Below, piece after piece: positions 46,949 through 60,449 of a DNA stretch of 64,000 nucleotides (position 1 is its first letter; each line of letters starts with the position of its first letter). The DNA lies in contig CAVPCQ010000006.1 in assembly GCA_963702425.1 (NCBI GenBank), positions 320,001-384,000 of the forward strand, read 5' to 3'. The DNA comes from an uncultured Acidobacteriota bacterium. Its GTDB lineage: Bacteria > Acidobacteriota > Polarisedimenticolia > J045. The notes beneath the pieces were generated by a model. It saw only the letters and a program-made list of their open reading frames with translations. It did not search any database and was not told the DNA's origin. The translations under genes were made by a program, and so were the position numbers.

Positions 46949-47542
46949 TTGGTCCGGCCGCCGGGGGACGCCACGCGACCGACCGGATCCAGCACATCCT
47001 GCACCGCTTCGGCCCTGGCGTCGCTCGCACTGCTGGGGATCGTCGTCGGTTCGGGCTGCGGGCGGGAGCGCTCCGCCGCGCAACCCGGGCGAGAGGTCGT
47101 GCTGAAGCGGGGCACCACGTTCGCCGTCCGGCTGCATGGTGACCTCCCCCGCGGGAGCGCGCGGGTCGGACAGCCGGTCGAAGGCACGGTCCTCTCCGCG
47201 CTCGCTGGGGACGACGGCTCGATCCCCTGCACCGGCTGGACGGCGATCGGTACGGTCGCGCGGATCGACCCTCCGGCGCGGGGGGAGTCGATAGAGACGG
47301 CGCTGCTGCTCTTCCGCGAGCTGCGCTCCCCCGAAGGGCAGACGATCGGGATCCGCGCCGAGGCGACGCTCGTGCCGCAGCGGGCGGCGAGCCGTTCGCT
47401 CGGGATCGTCGCCGGCGGCGCGGTGGCCGGCGCCATCCTCGACCGGGAACTCGACAAGTCGGGCCGTCCGCCTCCCGGGCCGGGTCCCGAGCTCGTCGCG
47501 CGCCTCGTCGTCGAACTGCGGCTTCCGCGGACCGGCTACTGA
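46949..47542 (+). CDS. Hypothetical lipoprotein (TrbI/VirB10-like beta fold); start uncertain
   Basis: TACAAT at 46925; lipobox-like GSGC; GTTFAVRL..VGQPVEGTV..GTVARI; glycine-zipper GGAVAGAIL; ends in LPRTGY. Confidence 0.6.
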   Translation: MVRPPGDATRPTGSSTSCTASALASLALLGIVVGSGCGRERSAAQPGREVVLKRGTTFAVRLHGDLPRGSARVGQPVEGTVLSALAGDDGSIPCTGWTAIGTVARIDPPARGESIETALLLFRELRSPEGQTIGIRAEATLVPQRAASRSLGIVAGGAVAGAILDRELDKSGRPPPGPGPELVARLVVELRLPRTGY

Positions 47543-47555
47543 GCGCGCCCCGCGG

Positions 47556-48008
47556 TCACTTCGCGGTCGAGGCGGCGGCCGGCGAGGCCAGCACGGAACC
47601 TCCCGCGGCGGGAGCGGCCGGCTTCGGCTTCTTCCGGTTCTCGGGGGCCAGCGGATCGTCCTCGCCGGTGATCAGCACGATCTCCCCGCGCCGCTGGTAG
47701 TCGAGCCGGCGCCGGATCTCCTGCTCGATCCGCAGGTCGTCGCTGCGCAGCGCCTCGACCTCCTGCCGGATCCCGTCGTTGACCGCGCGCTCGGCGGCCA
47801 GCCGGGCGCGCAGCGCGTCCCGCTGCTGCAGCCGCTCGTACTGCCGGAACAGCCCCTCCGAGCCGAACAGCGCGTAGATCCAGCCCAGCGCTGCGAGCAG
47901 GAAGACAGCCCAGCGCAGCGCGGTGACGCGCAGCGCCCGCTCGCGCTTCGCCGCCGCCGCCCCGCGGGCCGCCCTTCGCCTGCCGGGCTTCTCTCCTGCC
48001 CCCGCCAT
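47556..48008 (-). CDS. ftsB: Septum formation initiator (FtsB/DivIC)
   Basis: TM helix, FGSEG, coiled coil, IEQEIRRRLDYQRRGE; conserved position after eno. Confidence 0.75.
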   Translation of the reverse strand: MAGAGEKPGRRRAARGAAAAKRERALRVTALRWAVFLLAALGWIYALFGSEGLFRQYERLQQRDALRARLAAERAVNDGIRQEVEALRSDDLRIEQEIRRRLDYQRRGEIVLITGEDDPLAPENRKKPKPAAPAAGGSVLASPAAASTAK

Positions 48009-48015
48009 CGCCCCG

Positions 48016-49747
<1,732 letters not shown>

Positions 49748-49751
<4 letters not shown>

Positions 49752-51418
49752 TCCGAGGCGCGCGACGGAGCGCCGCGGCCTGCGCGATCGCGGCCGTGCT
49801 GCCGGTGCTGGCCGGAGAGACCGAGCCGCCGTCGGCGGTCCCGCCCGCACCGCCCGATCCGGCGGCGCTCTGCGCCCCGGGGACCGTGATCGGCGCGATC
49901 GACGTCGTGTGCGTCAACGTCTTCGACACCAGCCTCCCGGCCGAGAACAAGTGGGTCTACCGGGCCGCGAACTGGGTCCACTCGATCAACCTGACCCGCG
50001 AGTCGCGGGTGCGAAGCCTGCTGATCCTCCGCCCGGGGGAGCCCTGCGACCTCGAGCGGCTGGCCGAGGCCGAGCGCGAGCTGCGGAACCTCCCGTTCCT
50101 CTCCGACGCCTGGATCGAGCCGATCGCCCGCGAGGGGAACGACGTCCGGGTCAAGGTCCGGGTCCGCGATTCCTGGTCGACGCGGATCGGGATCTCCGCC
50201 GGAGTCGCCGGCGGCGCGGGAGAGGCGAGCTTCCGGATCGTCGAGCGGAACCTGCTCGGAACCGGGGTCGGGCTGGGCTGGCGCTACGAGAAGGACATCG
50301 ACCGGACGCTGCGGACCTTCGATCTGTACGCCCCGGCCCTGACCCGCCAGCGCTGGCAGGTCGACGCGCTCTACAGCGACAACTCCGACGGCTACCAGCG
50401 TACGCTGGTTGTTTCGCGCCCGTTCTTCTCGCTCGACACCCCGTGGAACAGCGTGGCCTCGTACGACCGTCAGCAGCTGGAGCAGAAGGTCTACTCGAAC
50501 GGCGAGGAGGTCGACCTGTGGCGCGAGAACTACCAGGGGGCCAGGGCGATGGTCGGCTGGGCCCGCCCGCGGGACCGGAACGGGAGCGTCCTGCGCTGGT
50601 CGGGGGGGGTGCGGCAGCTGGTCGAGGAGTGGGAGCGGGTCGATCCGGCGCGGCCCGTCGTCGTGCCCGAGATCGTGCCGCCGGACGCCGACGCGTGGCT
50701 GGTGGAGGCGGGGGTCGAGTGGATCCTGCCGCGCTTCGTCCGGACGACCTTCCTGGACTCGGGGCGCCGGATCGAGGACGTCGACCTCTCGACGCACGTC
50801 CTGCTGTCGGCCGGCCGCTCCGTCGCCGGCCCGAGCGAGTCCCGGGCCTTCGAGCTGGAGGCCGCCGCCTCGACCGGGTTCGCGTTCGGGCAGAAGAACA
50901 CCCTCCTGATCCAGGTCGCGCAGATCGTCCGGATGTCGGGCGGCGACTGGTACGACGTCATCACCACGCTCGGGGCCCAGTACTACCTCAAGCCCGCCGC
51001 GCTGCACACGACCTTCCTGTCCTTCACGGCCTCCCACGGCAACGACCTCCCGAGCACCTCGCAGTTCCTGCTCGGCGCCGAAAACGGCCTGCGCGGCTAC
51101 GCCGCGCGCCAGTTCGACGGCGACCGGATGCTGCTGCTGCAGGCCGAGCACCGGATCTTTCTGTCCCGCGAGTGGCTGCGCCTGGTCCGGCTGGCCTTCG
51201 TCGGCTTCGTCGACGTCGGGGCGGCCTGGGACTCGGCGAAACGACTCTCGTGGAGCGATCTGCGGCCCGACGCGGGGCTCGGCGTGCGGATCTCCCTGCT
51301 GCGCGGGACCAAGGGGGCGGGACTCGCCGCCTATGCCGGGTACCCCCTGAACCGCTCCGGGCTCCCCGCGGACGAGGACGGCTGGCAGTTCACCGTCTTC
51401 ACCTTCACCGGATTCTGA
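49748..51418 (+). CDS. Omp85/BamA-TamA family outer-membrane protein with a POTRA domain
   Basis: GTG overlaps cutA stop; EAERELRNLPFL..VRDSWS, ERNLLGTG, LGAENGLRGY, FVDVG..G.GVR, C-terminal Phe. Confidence 0.85.
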
Positions 51419-51421
51419 TTC

Positions 51422-51451
51422 TTGACAGGGCGCCGACCCAAACCCTAGACT
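51422..51451 (+). promoter_or_regulatory. sigma70 promoter of rho, followed by a C-rich leader
   Basis: TTGACA-18bp-TAGACT. Confidence 0.7.
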
Positions 51452-51562
51452 CCTCGGGCTTTTCCCCAGCGGCACAGGATGCCCCGCGGCGCACCGCCGC
51501 CGGGCAGCCCCGCCAGCGACCCCCCCGAGCCATCCCCCCCGGCCAACAGTGCGAGACCACCC

Positions 51563-52870
51563 ATGGGCATGAGCGCCACGAACGGTGGCCCGACCGGCAG
51601 CGATCGGACGGAAGCCCATTCGCTGAACGCGCTGAACAAGATGCGCGCCGATCAGCTCCAGGTGGTGGCCCGCGAGCTCGCGATGACCGGAACCACCGGG
51701 CTGCGTAAGCCGGACCTGATCTTCGAGATCCTGCGGGCCCAGACCGAGCGCCGGGGGCTGGTCTTCGCGGAGGGGGTGCTGGAAGCGCTGGACGAAGGCT
51801 ACGGCTTCCTGCGCTCGGCGGAGAACAGCTACCTCCCGGGCCCCGACGACATCTACGTCTCCCCGTCCCAGATCAACCGCTTCCTGCTCCAGACCGGCGA
51901 CACGGTCGCGGGACAGGTCCGCCCGCCGAAGGAGGACGAGAAGTTCTTCGCCCTGATCAAGGTCGAGGCGATCAACGGCGCCGATCCCGAGAAGTCGCGC
52001 GAGCGGATCTTCTTCGAGAACCTCGTCCCGCTCTACCCGCTGGAGCAGATCCGGCTCGAGACGGAGCCGGAGAACCTGACCGGGCGAGTGATGGACCTGC
52101 TGACGCCGGTGGGCAAGGGGCAGCGCGGCCTGATCGTCGCCGCGCCGCGCACCGGCAAGACGATGCTGCTGCAGTCGATCGCCAACTCGATCACCGCGAA
52201 CCACCCCGAGGTCGTGCTGATCATCCTGCTGATCGACGAGCGGCCCGAGGAAGTCACAGACGTGCTGCGGGCGGTCAAGGCGGAGGTGATCGCCTCGACC
52301 TTCGACGAGCCGGCGACGCGCCACGTCCAGGTCGCCGAGATGGTGATCGAGCGCGCCCGGCGCCTGGTCGAATACGGGCGCGACGTGGTCATCCTGCTCG
52401 ACTCGATCACCCGGCTGGCGCGGGCCTACAACAACGTCCAGCCCTCGTCCGGCAAGGTCCTCTCGGGCGGGCTCGACAGCAACGCGCTGCAGCGCCCCAA
52501 GCGCTTCTTCGGCGCCGCGCGCCACCTGGAGGAGGGGGGCTCGCTGACGATCATCGCCACCGCCCTGGTCGACACCGGATCGCGGATGGACGAGGTGATC
52601 TTCGAAGAGTTCAAGGGGACCGGCAACATGGAGCTGCACCTCGACCGGCGGCTGGCCGACCGGCGCGTCTTCCCGGCTTTCGACATCACGCGCTCGGGGA
52701 CGCGCAAGGAGGAGCTGCTGCTCGACCCGGACACGCTCAACGCGGTCTGGATCCTCAGGAAGGTGCTGGCACAGATGAACGGCACGGAGGCGCTCGAGCT
52801 GCTGCTCGACCGTCTCTCGAAGACGAACGACAACGCGGATTTCATCCGCATGATGCGCGAAGGCGCCTGA
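51563..52870 (+). CDS. rho: Transcription termination factor Rho (alternative start 51479)
   Basis: [54 protein letters not shown]. Confidence 0.97.
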   Translation: MGMSATNGGPTGSDRTEAHSLNALNKMRADQLQVVARELAMTGTTGLRKPDLIFEILRAQTERRGLVFAEGVLEALDEGYGFLRSAENSYLPGPDDIYVSPSQINRFLLQTGDTVAGQVRPPKEDEKFFALIKVEAINGADPEKSRERIFFENLVPLYPLEQIRLETEPENLTGRVMDLLTPVGKGQRGLIVAAPRTGKTMLLQSIANSITANHPEVVLIILLIDERPEEVTDVLRAVKAEVIASTFDEPATRHVQVAEMVIERARRLVEYGRDVVILLDSITRLARAYNNVQPSSGKVLSGGLDSNALQRPKRFFGAARHLEEGGSLTIIATALVDTGSRMDEVIFEEFKGTGNMELHLDRRLADRRVFPAFDITRSGTRKEELLLDPDTLNAVWILRKVLAQMNGTEALELLLDRLSKTNDNADFIRMMREGA

Positions 52871-52893
52871 CGCCCGCGCCACCGGAGGGGACC

Positions 52894-53202
52894 TTGGGGA
52901 ACAAGCCGATCGAGAAGGCACTGGACGTGATCAGCAATCGGTTTCTGCTGACGACCGTGGTCGCGCGCCGCTGGGAGAACATCGTCGCCGGAGCCCCGCC
53001 GCTGATCGCGACGAAGAGCGGCGAGTCGAAGCTGGCGGTCGTGCTGGAGGAGGTGATCGACGGCTGCGTCACCGTCGACCCCGAGACCCGCGAGATCCGT
53101 CTGCACGGCGCGCCGCTGATCGACGACAACCAGGAAGCGCTCTTCTCCGAGCCGATCGAACCGGAGGCCGCGCCGCCCGCCCCGAAGGGGCGCGAGCGCT
53201 AG
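52894..53202 (+). CDS. rpoZ: Probable RNA polymerase omega subunit
   Basis: GGAGG RBS and TTG start; [35 protein letters not shown]. Confidence 0.65.
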   Translation: MGNKPIEKALDVISNRFLLTTVVARRWENIVAGAPPLIATKSGESKLAVVLEEVIDGCVTVDPETREIRLHGAPLIDDNQEALFSEPIEPEAAPPAPKGRER

Positions 53203-53220
53203 CCGCTCCGCCGCCGCACC

Positions 53221-54618
53221 GTGCCGCGTCTGCGCCTCGCGCGCCGCCCGCCGGTCCCCGTCGAGGCGCTCGTCGTCCTCGAGGGTCATCCGCTTCCCCT
53301 GACGCTGCGGCGGGAGGTGCTGCGGCAGTGGGCTCGCGGGCCGGTCGCCGTCACTGCGACGCTCGACCGGCTGCCGCAGCCGCTGCTGGTGGCGCTGCGC
53401 GCCCCCGACTGGGACGACCCGCTGGCGACGACGTGCCGCTTCGGCGCCGCCTCGCGGGCGCTGCTCACCGAACGGGTGCGGAGCGCGGCGGTGCTCGTCC
53501 CGGACGACCTGCCGGACGGCGCGGTGGAAGCCGTCGTGCTGGGCCTGTCGCGGGGCCTCTACCGCTTCGACCGCTACCTTCCCGATCCCCCGCCGCGCCC
53601 CGAGGTCACCGTCGTCGCCCCGCGCCGCTCCTTCGAAGCGGCCGGGCGCCGCGCGCTCGACCTCGCGCGCGGAATCCGGCTGGCGCGCGACCTGGTCAAC
53701 ACCCCGGCCGAGGAGATGGGGCCGGACGAAATCGAGGACGAAGCGCGCCGCGTGGCCCGGCACGGCGGGCTCGCGCTGCGGGTGCTCGATCGCGCGCAGC
53801 TCCGCCGGCTGGGGGCGGGTGCGCTGCTGGCGGTCGGGCGCGCCAGCCCGCGCGCGCCGCGGCTGGTCGTGCTCGAGCACCGCGGTGCACCCCGCAGCGA
53901 CGAGTGGCTCGCGCTCGCCGGCAAGGGGATCGCGTTCGACACCGGGGGCCTGAACCTCAAGTCGGCGGAGGGGATGGCGCTGATGAAGAAGGACATGGCC
54001 GGGGCCGCGGCCGTGCTGGGGGCGGCCCTCGCCGTCGGCCGGCAGCGGCCGCGGCGGAACGTGCGCTTCTACCTCGCGCTCGCGGAGAACTCCGTTGCCG
54101 GCAACGCGCTGCGGCCGGGCGACGTGATCCGCGCGCTCGACGGGACGACGATCGAGATCGGCAACACCGACGCCGAGGGGCGGCTGGTGCTGGCCGATGC
54201 GGTCGCGCTGGCGGCGCGCGAGGGAGCCTCCCGGATCCTCGACGTGGCCACGCTGACCGGGGCCGCGCTCGTGGCGCTCGGGCGGGCCCGCGTCCCGCTC
54301 GTCGGCAACGACGAAGCCTGGCTGGCCGAGGTGGAACGCGCCGCCGCGCTCGCGGGCGAGCGCGTCTGGCGCTTCCCCGCTGATCCCGAGGTCAGGGACG
54401 CGATCCGCTCGCGGATCGCCACCCTGAAGAACACCGGCAAGGGGAGCGAGGCGGGGGTCGTCGCCGGCGCGCTCTTCATCGGCCACTTCGCCGGGAAGAT
54501 CCCCTGGGCGCACCTCGACATCTCCCCCGCGTCGTGGGCCGACGCCGCGGGAGACCTCGGCCCCGAGGGGGCGACCGGCGTGATGGTCCCGACGCTGGCC
54601 CGGCTGGCGGGGGCGTAG
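53221..54618 (+). CDS. pepA: Leucyl aminopeptidase (M17)
   Basis: [37 protein letters not shown]. Confidence 0.9.
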   Translation: MPRLRLARRPPVPVEALVVLEGHPLPLTLRREVLRQWARGPVAVTATLDRLPQPLLVALRAPDWDDPLATTCRFGAASRALLTERVRSAAVLVPDDLPDGAVEAVVLGLSRGLYRFDRYLPDPPPRPEVTVVAPRRSFEAAGRRALDLARGIRLARDLVNTPAEEMGPDEIEDEARRVARHGGLALRVLDRAQLRRLGAGALLAVGRASPRAPRLVVLEHRGAPRSDEWLALAGKGIAFDTGGLNLKSAEGMALMKKDMAGAAAVLGAALAVGRQRPRRNVRFYLALAENSVAGNALRPGDVIRALDGTTIEIGNTDAEGRLVLADAVALAAREGASRILDVATLTGAALVALGRARVPLVGNDEAWLAEVERAAALAGERVWRFPADPEVRDAIRSRIATLKNTGKGSEAGVVAGALFIGHFAGKIPWAHLDISPASWADAAGDLGPEGATGVMVPTLARLAGA

Positions 54619-54635
54619 CCGAGGGCGCTCGCGCC

Positions 54636-55532
54636 TCACCGCCGGAGCGCGAGGAACACCCCGGCGAAGATCAGCAGCGCCCCGGCCAGCACGGAGAACG
54701 CCGGGCGTTCTCCGAAGAGCGCCGCCGACAGCGTGGCGGCGACCAGCGGCTGGACGTAGATGAAGAGCGCCACGACCGACGACGGGACGCGGGCCAGCGC
54801 CCAGTAGTTGAGCACGTAGGTCAGCACCGTCGCGAAGACGATCACGAAGGCCGCCAGCCCCCAGGTGCCGGCCGAGACGGGAGCCGGATCGAAGGCGATG
54901 AGCGCCGGCCAGGCGACGGCGAGGATCCCCAGCGCGCCGAAGCCCATCAACGCCGCCGTCGCCGCCAGCGGGTCGGTCCGCACGAGCAGGTCGCGCGAGA
55001 TCACGAGGAAGAGCGAGAACGACATCGAGTTGATCAGCGTGAGCAGGTCGCCGGTCAGCGTCCCGCTCGCCAAGGCGGTTCGACCGAACGGCCAGATCAC
55101 GAGCAGCACCCCGGCCAGGGCCACCGCCAGCGCGAACACCTTCCGGCCGGAGATCCGCTCGCGTCCGGCGAGCACCGCGAACAGCAGCGCGAAGACCGGG
55201 ATCGTCGTGTTGATCAGCGCGGAGTGGGTCGGCGTGGTGCGCTTGAGCCCCTCGACGAAACAGAGCTGGTTGATGACGACGCCGAACAGCGCGTAGACCG
55301 CGAGTCGACGGAGATCGGCGCGGGCGGTCGGGAGGCGCCGGCCGGAGAGGCGCACGAGCGCCAGCAGGATCAACGCCGCCGCGCCGATCCGGATCGCCGC
55401 CCAGGCGCGCGGCGGGATCTCCGCCAGGACCAGCTTGGCGGCGAGGTAGTGCAGGCCGAAGCAGAGCTGCACCGCGAGCAGCGCGGAGACGACGGCGGCG
55501 CGCTCGCGCGCGGGGTGGTCGCGAAGGGTCAT
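54636..55532 (-). CDS. DMT/EamA family transporter
   Basis: About 10 TM helices in two EamA repeats; [22 protein letters not shown]. Confidence 0.9.
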   Translation of the reverse strand: MTLRDHPARERAAVVSALLAVQLCFGLHYLAAKLVLAEIPPRAWAAIRIGAAALILLALVRLSGRRLPTARADLRRLAVYALFGVVINQLCFVEGLKRTTPTHSALINTTIPVFALLFAVLAGRERISGRKVFALAVALAGVLLVIWPFGRTALASGTLTGDLLTLINSMSFSLFLVISRDLLVRTDPLAATAALMGFGALGILAVAWPALIAFDPAPVSAGTWGLAAFVIVFATVLTYVLNYWALARVPSSVVALFIYVQPLVAATLSAALFGERPAFSVLAGALLIFAGVFLALRR

Positions 55533-55650
55533 CGGTCTCCCGGGGAGGGGACGAGTATCGCGCGATCGTCGAGCCCCGGGGTTGACAGAGGGTCACCGCG
55601 CGGCGCTAGAGTGCGGCCGTCGGATCCCGTCGACGAGAGAAAGGGACGTC

Positions 55651-56043
55651 ATGAACGCACTCGCGCTCCTGGCCCAGGCGGGCTGGGAATCCAGCGGATC
55701 GGCGATGCAGTGGTGGACCAGCTGGTACGGCTGCGGCACGGGCTTGATCACCTACGCGGTCGTCGCCTGGTCGACGATGGTCATCGCCCGGAAGACCGGC
55801 TTCGCGGAGAACGCCTGGTGGGGCTGGATCCCGATCCTGAACGTGGTGCTCCTGCTCCAGATCGCGGGCCGTCCGCTGTGGTGGCTGATCTTGTTCCTGA
55901 TCCCCTGCGTCAACCTCGTGATCTGCGCGATCATGCTGATGGACGTCGCGACCAAGCGCGGCAAGCCGGCGTTCCTCGGGATCCTGGGGATCATCCCGTG
56001 CGTCCAGCTGGTCGTCTTCCCCTACATCGCCTTCAGCGACTAG
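55651..56043 (+). CDS. DUF5684-like small membrane protein
   Basis: AWWGWIPILN..IAGRP.WW..IPCVN..RGK..FPYIAF. Confidence 0.75.
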   Translation: MNALALLAQAGWESSGSAMQWWTSWYGCGTGLITYAVVAWSTMVIARKTGFAENAWWGWIPILNVVLLLQIAGRPLWWLILFLIPCVNLVICAIMLMDVATKRGKPAFLGILGIIPCVQLVVFPYIAFSD

Positions 56044-56468
56044 AGACCCCACGCGAGCCGCAGCACCCACCGGGCCAGCATCGCGACCAGAACGACCGTG
56101 AGCGCGCCGACGAAGGCGCGGTCGGCCCACTTCAATCGGGAACCCGACCAGCCGGCGAGGCTCGCGCCGCGCAGGATCACCTGAACTCCGGCCAGTCCCA
56201 GCAGCGGCAGCGCGAACGGGTGCGCCTGCCAGGCTGCGCGCGGTTCGCCGTGCAGCGCCAGCACGACGGCGCGCGTCATTCCGCAGCCGGCGCATGGCAT
56301 GCCGGTGGCGAGTCGGAACCAGCAGGTCGCAGGCAGCGGCAGGCCGAAGAGCCGCAGCGTGACGCTACCTTCCTCGACCGACGACTGGAGCGCGAGCCCG
56401 ATCGCGAGCGCCGCGCCGAGGCCGGCCACGACGGCGAGGTCGAAGCGCCGGCGGCACGCGTCCGTCAA
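56040..56468 (-). CDS. DUF2752 family membrane protein
   Basis: CWFRLATGMPCAGCGMTRA..HP; TTG start overlaps the recG stop. Confidence 0.8.
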   Translation of the reverse strand: MTDACRRRFDLAVVAGLGAALAIGLALQSSVEEGSVTLRLFGLPLPATCWFRLATGMPCAGCGMTRAVVLALHGEPRAAWQAHPFALPLLGLAGVQVILRGASLAGWSGSRLKWADRAFVGALTVVLVAMLARWVLRLAWGL

Positions 56469-58553
56469 CCGACCTCCGCCAGGCGCAGGCGATCGCCATG
56501 GCGCCGCAGGACCTCCTCGTGCAGCGGCTGGGGGACGCGCTCCTCGCCCCCTTCGTCGACCAGCCGGAACGCCGCCTCGCGCGCCGCGATCAGCAGGTCC
56601 TGGTGGCGCACGAGGTCGGCCGCGTGGAATGTCGCCAGGCCGGACTGCGCGGTCCCGGCCAGCTCGCCCGGGCCGCGCATCCTGAGATCCTGCTCCGCGA
56701 CGCGAAAGCCGTCGTCGGTCTGCTCCAGCACCTTCAGCCTTGCCAGCGCCTCCGGCGCCGCCTCGGTCGACGCCACCAGCACGCAGTACGACTTGACGTC
56801 GCCGCGGCCGACGCGGCCGCGCAGCTGGTGCAGCTGGGCCAGTCCAAATCGGTCGGCGTCCTCGACCACGATCACCGAGGCCTCGCGCACGTCGATCCCG
56901 ACCTCGATCACGGTCGTCGCGACCAGGATCTGCACCTCGCCTGATGCGAAGCGCTCGAGGTTCCGCTGGCGCTCGATGGACTTCATCCGGCCGTGGACCA
57001 GCGCTACGGGGACGCCGGGAAAGCGCGCGGCGTACTCCCGGAGCCCCTCCTCGGCCGCCTTGAGCCCGGCGCTCCCCTCCTCCACCGCCGGCCGCACGAC
57101 GTAGATCCGCCGCCCTTCGGCCAGGGCGCGCCCGACCCCTTCCAGCACCCCTTCGCGCTGCTCGTGCAGGCGGACCACCGTGCGGATCGGCCGGCGTCCG
57201 GGCGGCTTCTCGTCGAGGATCGAGACGTCGAGGTCGCCGTACAGCACCATCGCCAGCGTGCGCGGGATCGGCGTCGCCGACATGACGAGGGTGTCGGGGT
57301 GGGTCCCCTTGGCGGCCAGGTCGGCGCGCTGCTCCACGCCGAAGCGGTGCTGCTCGTCGATCACGACGAGACCCAGCCGCGCGAAGGCGGTGCTCTCCGA
57401 GAAGAGCGCATGGGTCCCGACCACGACCCGTGAGCGGCCCGAGGCGATCCGCTCGCGCGCCTCGCGCTGCAGGGGCGCCGGCAGCCCGGCGGTCAGCAGT
57501 TCGACCCGCTGCCCCGCCGGCGCGAGCAGTCGCTGCAGCGAGCCGGCGTGCTGCTGCGCCAGGATCTCGGTCGGCGCCATCAGCGCCGCCTGCCAGCCGT
57601 TCTCGACCGCGACCATCATCGCCAGCGCGGCGACGACCGTCTTCCCGGAGCCGACGTCGCCCATCAGCAGGCGGTTCATCGGCCACGGCGCGCGCAGGTC
57701 CTGCTCGATCTCCGCCACCACCCGCCGCTGGGCGGAGGTCAGCGCGAAGGGAAGCAGCGCGAGCGAGCCGCGCACGGAGCGCGTCGTCGATCGCGTAGCC
57801 GCCGCTGCGGCGCTCCGCCCGGCGCCGGAAGCGGCGCAGCGCGAGCCCCAGCTCGAGCAGGAAGAACTCCTCGAACGCCAGCCGCTGGTGAGCCAGCGTG
57901 CGGCCCTGCGCCAGCTCGGCCGCATCGGTCGCGGGGGCCGGGCGGTGGACCGCGTGCAGCGCATCGAACCGCGCGGGGAAGCGGTACGGCGCGAGCAGCG
58001 CCGGCGGGAACGGGTCCGGGACCCCCTCGAGCGCAGCCAGCGCGACGCGGATCGCCGACCGCATCCGCTTCGGCGTCAGCGGTCCGACCTTCTCGTAGAC
58101 CGGCAGCCAGCCCAGCGCGTCGGCCGGGTCCTCGCCCGGGCGCACCAGGTCGAAGTCGGGCGAGTGGAGCTCGACCTTGCGCCCGGCCAGCCGCGGCGTG
58201 CCGTGGACGACGAGCCGCGTCCCGGGGATCATCCACTGGCCCAGGTAGCCCCGGTTGAAGAACACCAGCGGGAGCGCGGCCGTCCCGTCGTCGAGCAGGA
58301 CGGTCAGGATCTCCATCCCGCGGCCCCGGGTGCGGATCAGGCGGGCCGAGAGGATCAGACCGACCGCGGTGAGTTCCTCGCCTGCTCGCGCCTCGGCCAG
58401 CGGCTGGGGCCGCCGTCGATCCTCGTAACGGAACGGCAGGCAGGCGAGCAGGTCGCCGACGCTGACGACCCCTTTCCCGGCCAGCTCGGAGGCCCAGCGC
58501 GGCCCGATCCCGCGCAGCACCGTGACCGGATCGTCGGGTCGGACCGGGGTCAC
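56465..58553 (-). CDS. recG: ATP-dependent DNA helicase RecG (frameshift ~57765)
   Basis: LRGIGP, PFRYEDR, RLAFEE; MNRLLMGDVGSGKT, DEQHRFG, MSATPIPRT, QLHQLRGRVGRG, RGPGE. Confidence 0.93.
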
Positions 58554-58575
58554 GCCGCGCGCCGGGCGCGTGGCC

Positions 58576-59562
58576 TCACACGCCCTCCGCCGCGCCGGGA
58601 GGCAGGGCCCCGATCGCACCCCGGGCGAGCAGCGTGGCGACGGCCCGCGCGATCTCGACGTCGGAGGCTTCGATCCGCTCGAGCATCGTGGCGAGGCTCG
58701 AGCGCTCGCGCGCCTCGCGGATCACCGCCAGCTCGAGCGGTGTCAGCGCGGTCGGGCTGGCCAGCAGCTCGCGCACCCCCTCGGCGACGCCGAGCGGGAC
58801 CTCCTCGGGCGGAAGCTGGCTCTTGAGGCGGGCCAGGTCGTCGAGCGCGACGAGCGCATCCATCACCAGACGTTGCGCGCTCGGGCCGAGGTCGTCGGCG
58901 ACCGCCGTGTCATCCTGCGGATCGAACTGGAAGTCGGCGTCGGTCCAGCCGACCATCCGGTAGAGCGCCTTGCTTCCCCGTACCGCTCCGGCGACGGCGC
59001 CCACGATCCGGCCCTCGCGCATGTGGACGCGGCCGCTCTCCTGGCCGTTGACGAGCAGCGTCCCCGTCTTGCCGTTGACCGACAGCAGCTGTAGCAGGTC
59101 GGCGATCGTGAGGTGGCTGGTGTGCCCGGCCAGCGCCTGGCGCACGGCGTCGCCCCCGGCCTCCCCGTCGGCCGCAGCGGCCGGGCCGTGGGTGCGGTCG
59201 AGGATCAGCCGGGCACGGACCAGCAGCTCCTCGACCGAGAACGGCTTGCAGAGGTAGTCGTACGCCCCGAGCCGGAAGCCGCGCAGCCGCTCCGGGACCT
59301 CGCGGTGGCTGGCGAGGAAGACGAGCGGGATCCCGCTGAACCGCGCGTCCCCCTTCACCGCCTCGCAGAACGCCCAGCCGTCCATCTCCGGCATCGCGAC
59401 GTCGGTGATGATCAGGTCGGTCCTGGACTCCTCGAGCCGCTCGAGCGCCTCGGCGCCCCCGGCGGCCGTCAGGACGGCGAAGCCGGCCTCCGTGAACGCG
59501 TCGCGGATCAGTTCGCGCACGAGCCGGTTGTCATCGACCACCAGAATCGTCGCGGTTTCCAC
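58576..59562 (-). CDS. Response regulator with C-terminal DUF4388 (PATAN-like) domain
   Basis: ILVVDD, ITDVAMPEMDG, DYLCKPF; LAGH..LTIADLLQLL..KTGTL..GRIV.A..W....F.F. Confidence 0.87.
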   Translation of the reverse strand: METATILVVDDNRLVRELIRDAFTEAGFAVLTAAGGAEALERLEESRTDLIITDVAMPEMDGWAFCEAVKGDARFSGIPLVFLASHREVPERLRGFRLGAYDYLCKPFSVEELLVRARLILDRTHGPAAAADGEAGGDAVRQALAGHTSHLTIADLLQLLSVNGKTGTLLVNGQESGRVHMREGRIVGAVAGAVRGSKALYRMVGWTDADFQFDPQDDTAVADDLGPSAQRLVMDALVALDDLARLKSQLPPEEVPLGVAEGVRELLASPTALTPLELAVIREARERSSLATMLERIEASDVEIARAVATLLARGAIGALPPGAAEGV

Positions 59563-59711
59563 GGCAGGCAGGCGCTCCTCGGAACGGACATGGTAGGGAG
59601 CCGGCCGGGCCGAGGTCAACCCTGCCGGGGTTGCCCGAACGGGAGGGCCGCGCGAGACTCCTCGCCGGCGCGCGGCCCCACGGCGCGCGACCCACCCCCC
59701 CCGGAGCGCCG

Positions 59712-60449
59712 ATGTTCTTCCCGAAGAGCGTGCGCGTCGCCTCCTTCGACCCGTTCGGAACCGTCATCGACGGGGAACGCGGGCTCGCCGAGGCGGTGCG
59801 TGCGGCGACCGATACGGGCGACCCGCAGCAGCTGCGCCTGCTCGCCGCGGCCCGGGCCGACGCCGAGTGGGAGCTGATCGAACAGCTCGAGGACTATCGG
59901 CCGTACCGCGACGTTCTGGCGGAGACGCTGCCCGGTGCGGCGGCCCGCGCCGGGATCACGCTCTCCCCGGAGCAGGCCCGCGCGATCGCCGGCACGCTGC
60001 CCGAGTGGCCGTTCTATCCCGACGCGGCCCCGGCGCTCGCGCGGATCGCGGCGCGCTTTGCGCTGGCTTTCGTCACCAACCTCGACCGCGCCGACTGGGA
60101 GCGGATCGCGCGGCGCCTGCCGTTCCCGGTGGCGCGCGCGGTGACCAGCAGCGACGTCCTCTGCTACAAGCCGGAGGCCGACCACCTGCTGGCGCTGCTG
60201 CACGAGATGGAGCTCGACGAGGAGGAGCTGCTCCACGTCTCGGCCTCCCCGCAGCTCGATCTCGCCACCGCCGAGGATCTCGGCATCCCCGGGGTCTTTC
60301 TCGACCGCTCCGGCGAGCCGCTCCCCGAGGAGATCACCGCGCTCGCGACGGTATCGACGATGACGGAGCTGGCCGACTGGATGCTGGCCGCTCCCCCGCC
60401 CGCCCGGCGCCGGGCCGCCCCGCGCCGCACCAGAGGAGATTCCCGGTGA
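59712..60449 (+). CDS. HAD-superfamily hydrolase (haloacid dehalogenase type II-like)
   Basis: [26 protein letters not shown]...D. Confidence 0.85.
   Translation: MFFPKSVRVASFDPFGTVIDGERGLAEAVRAATDTGDPQQLRLLAAARADAEWELIEQLEDYRPYRDVLAETLPGAAARAGITLSPEQARAIAGTLPEWPFYPDAAPALARIAARFALAFVTNLDRADWERIARRLPFPVARAVTSSDVLCYKPEADHLLALLHEMELDEEELLHVSASPQLDLATAEDLGIPGVFLDRSGEPLPEEITALATVSTMTELADWMLAAPPPARRRAAPRRTRGDSR

Noticed and set aside
55582-55612. TTGACA..TAGAGT promoter for the DUF5684-like gene
   Set aside because: The 19-bp spacing is atypical; plausible but unsupported
56040-58619. RecG N-terminus fused to DUF2752
   Set aside because: Product of the frameshift at ~57765; the RecG helicase motifs continue in another frame
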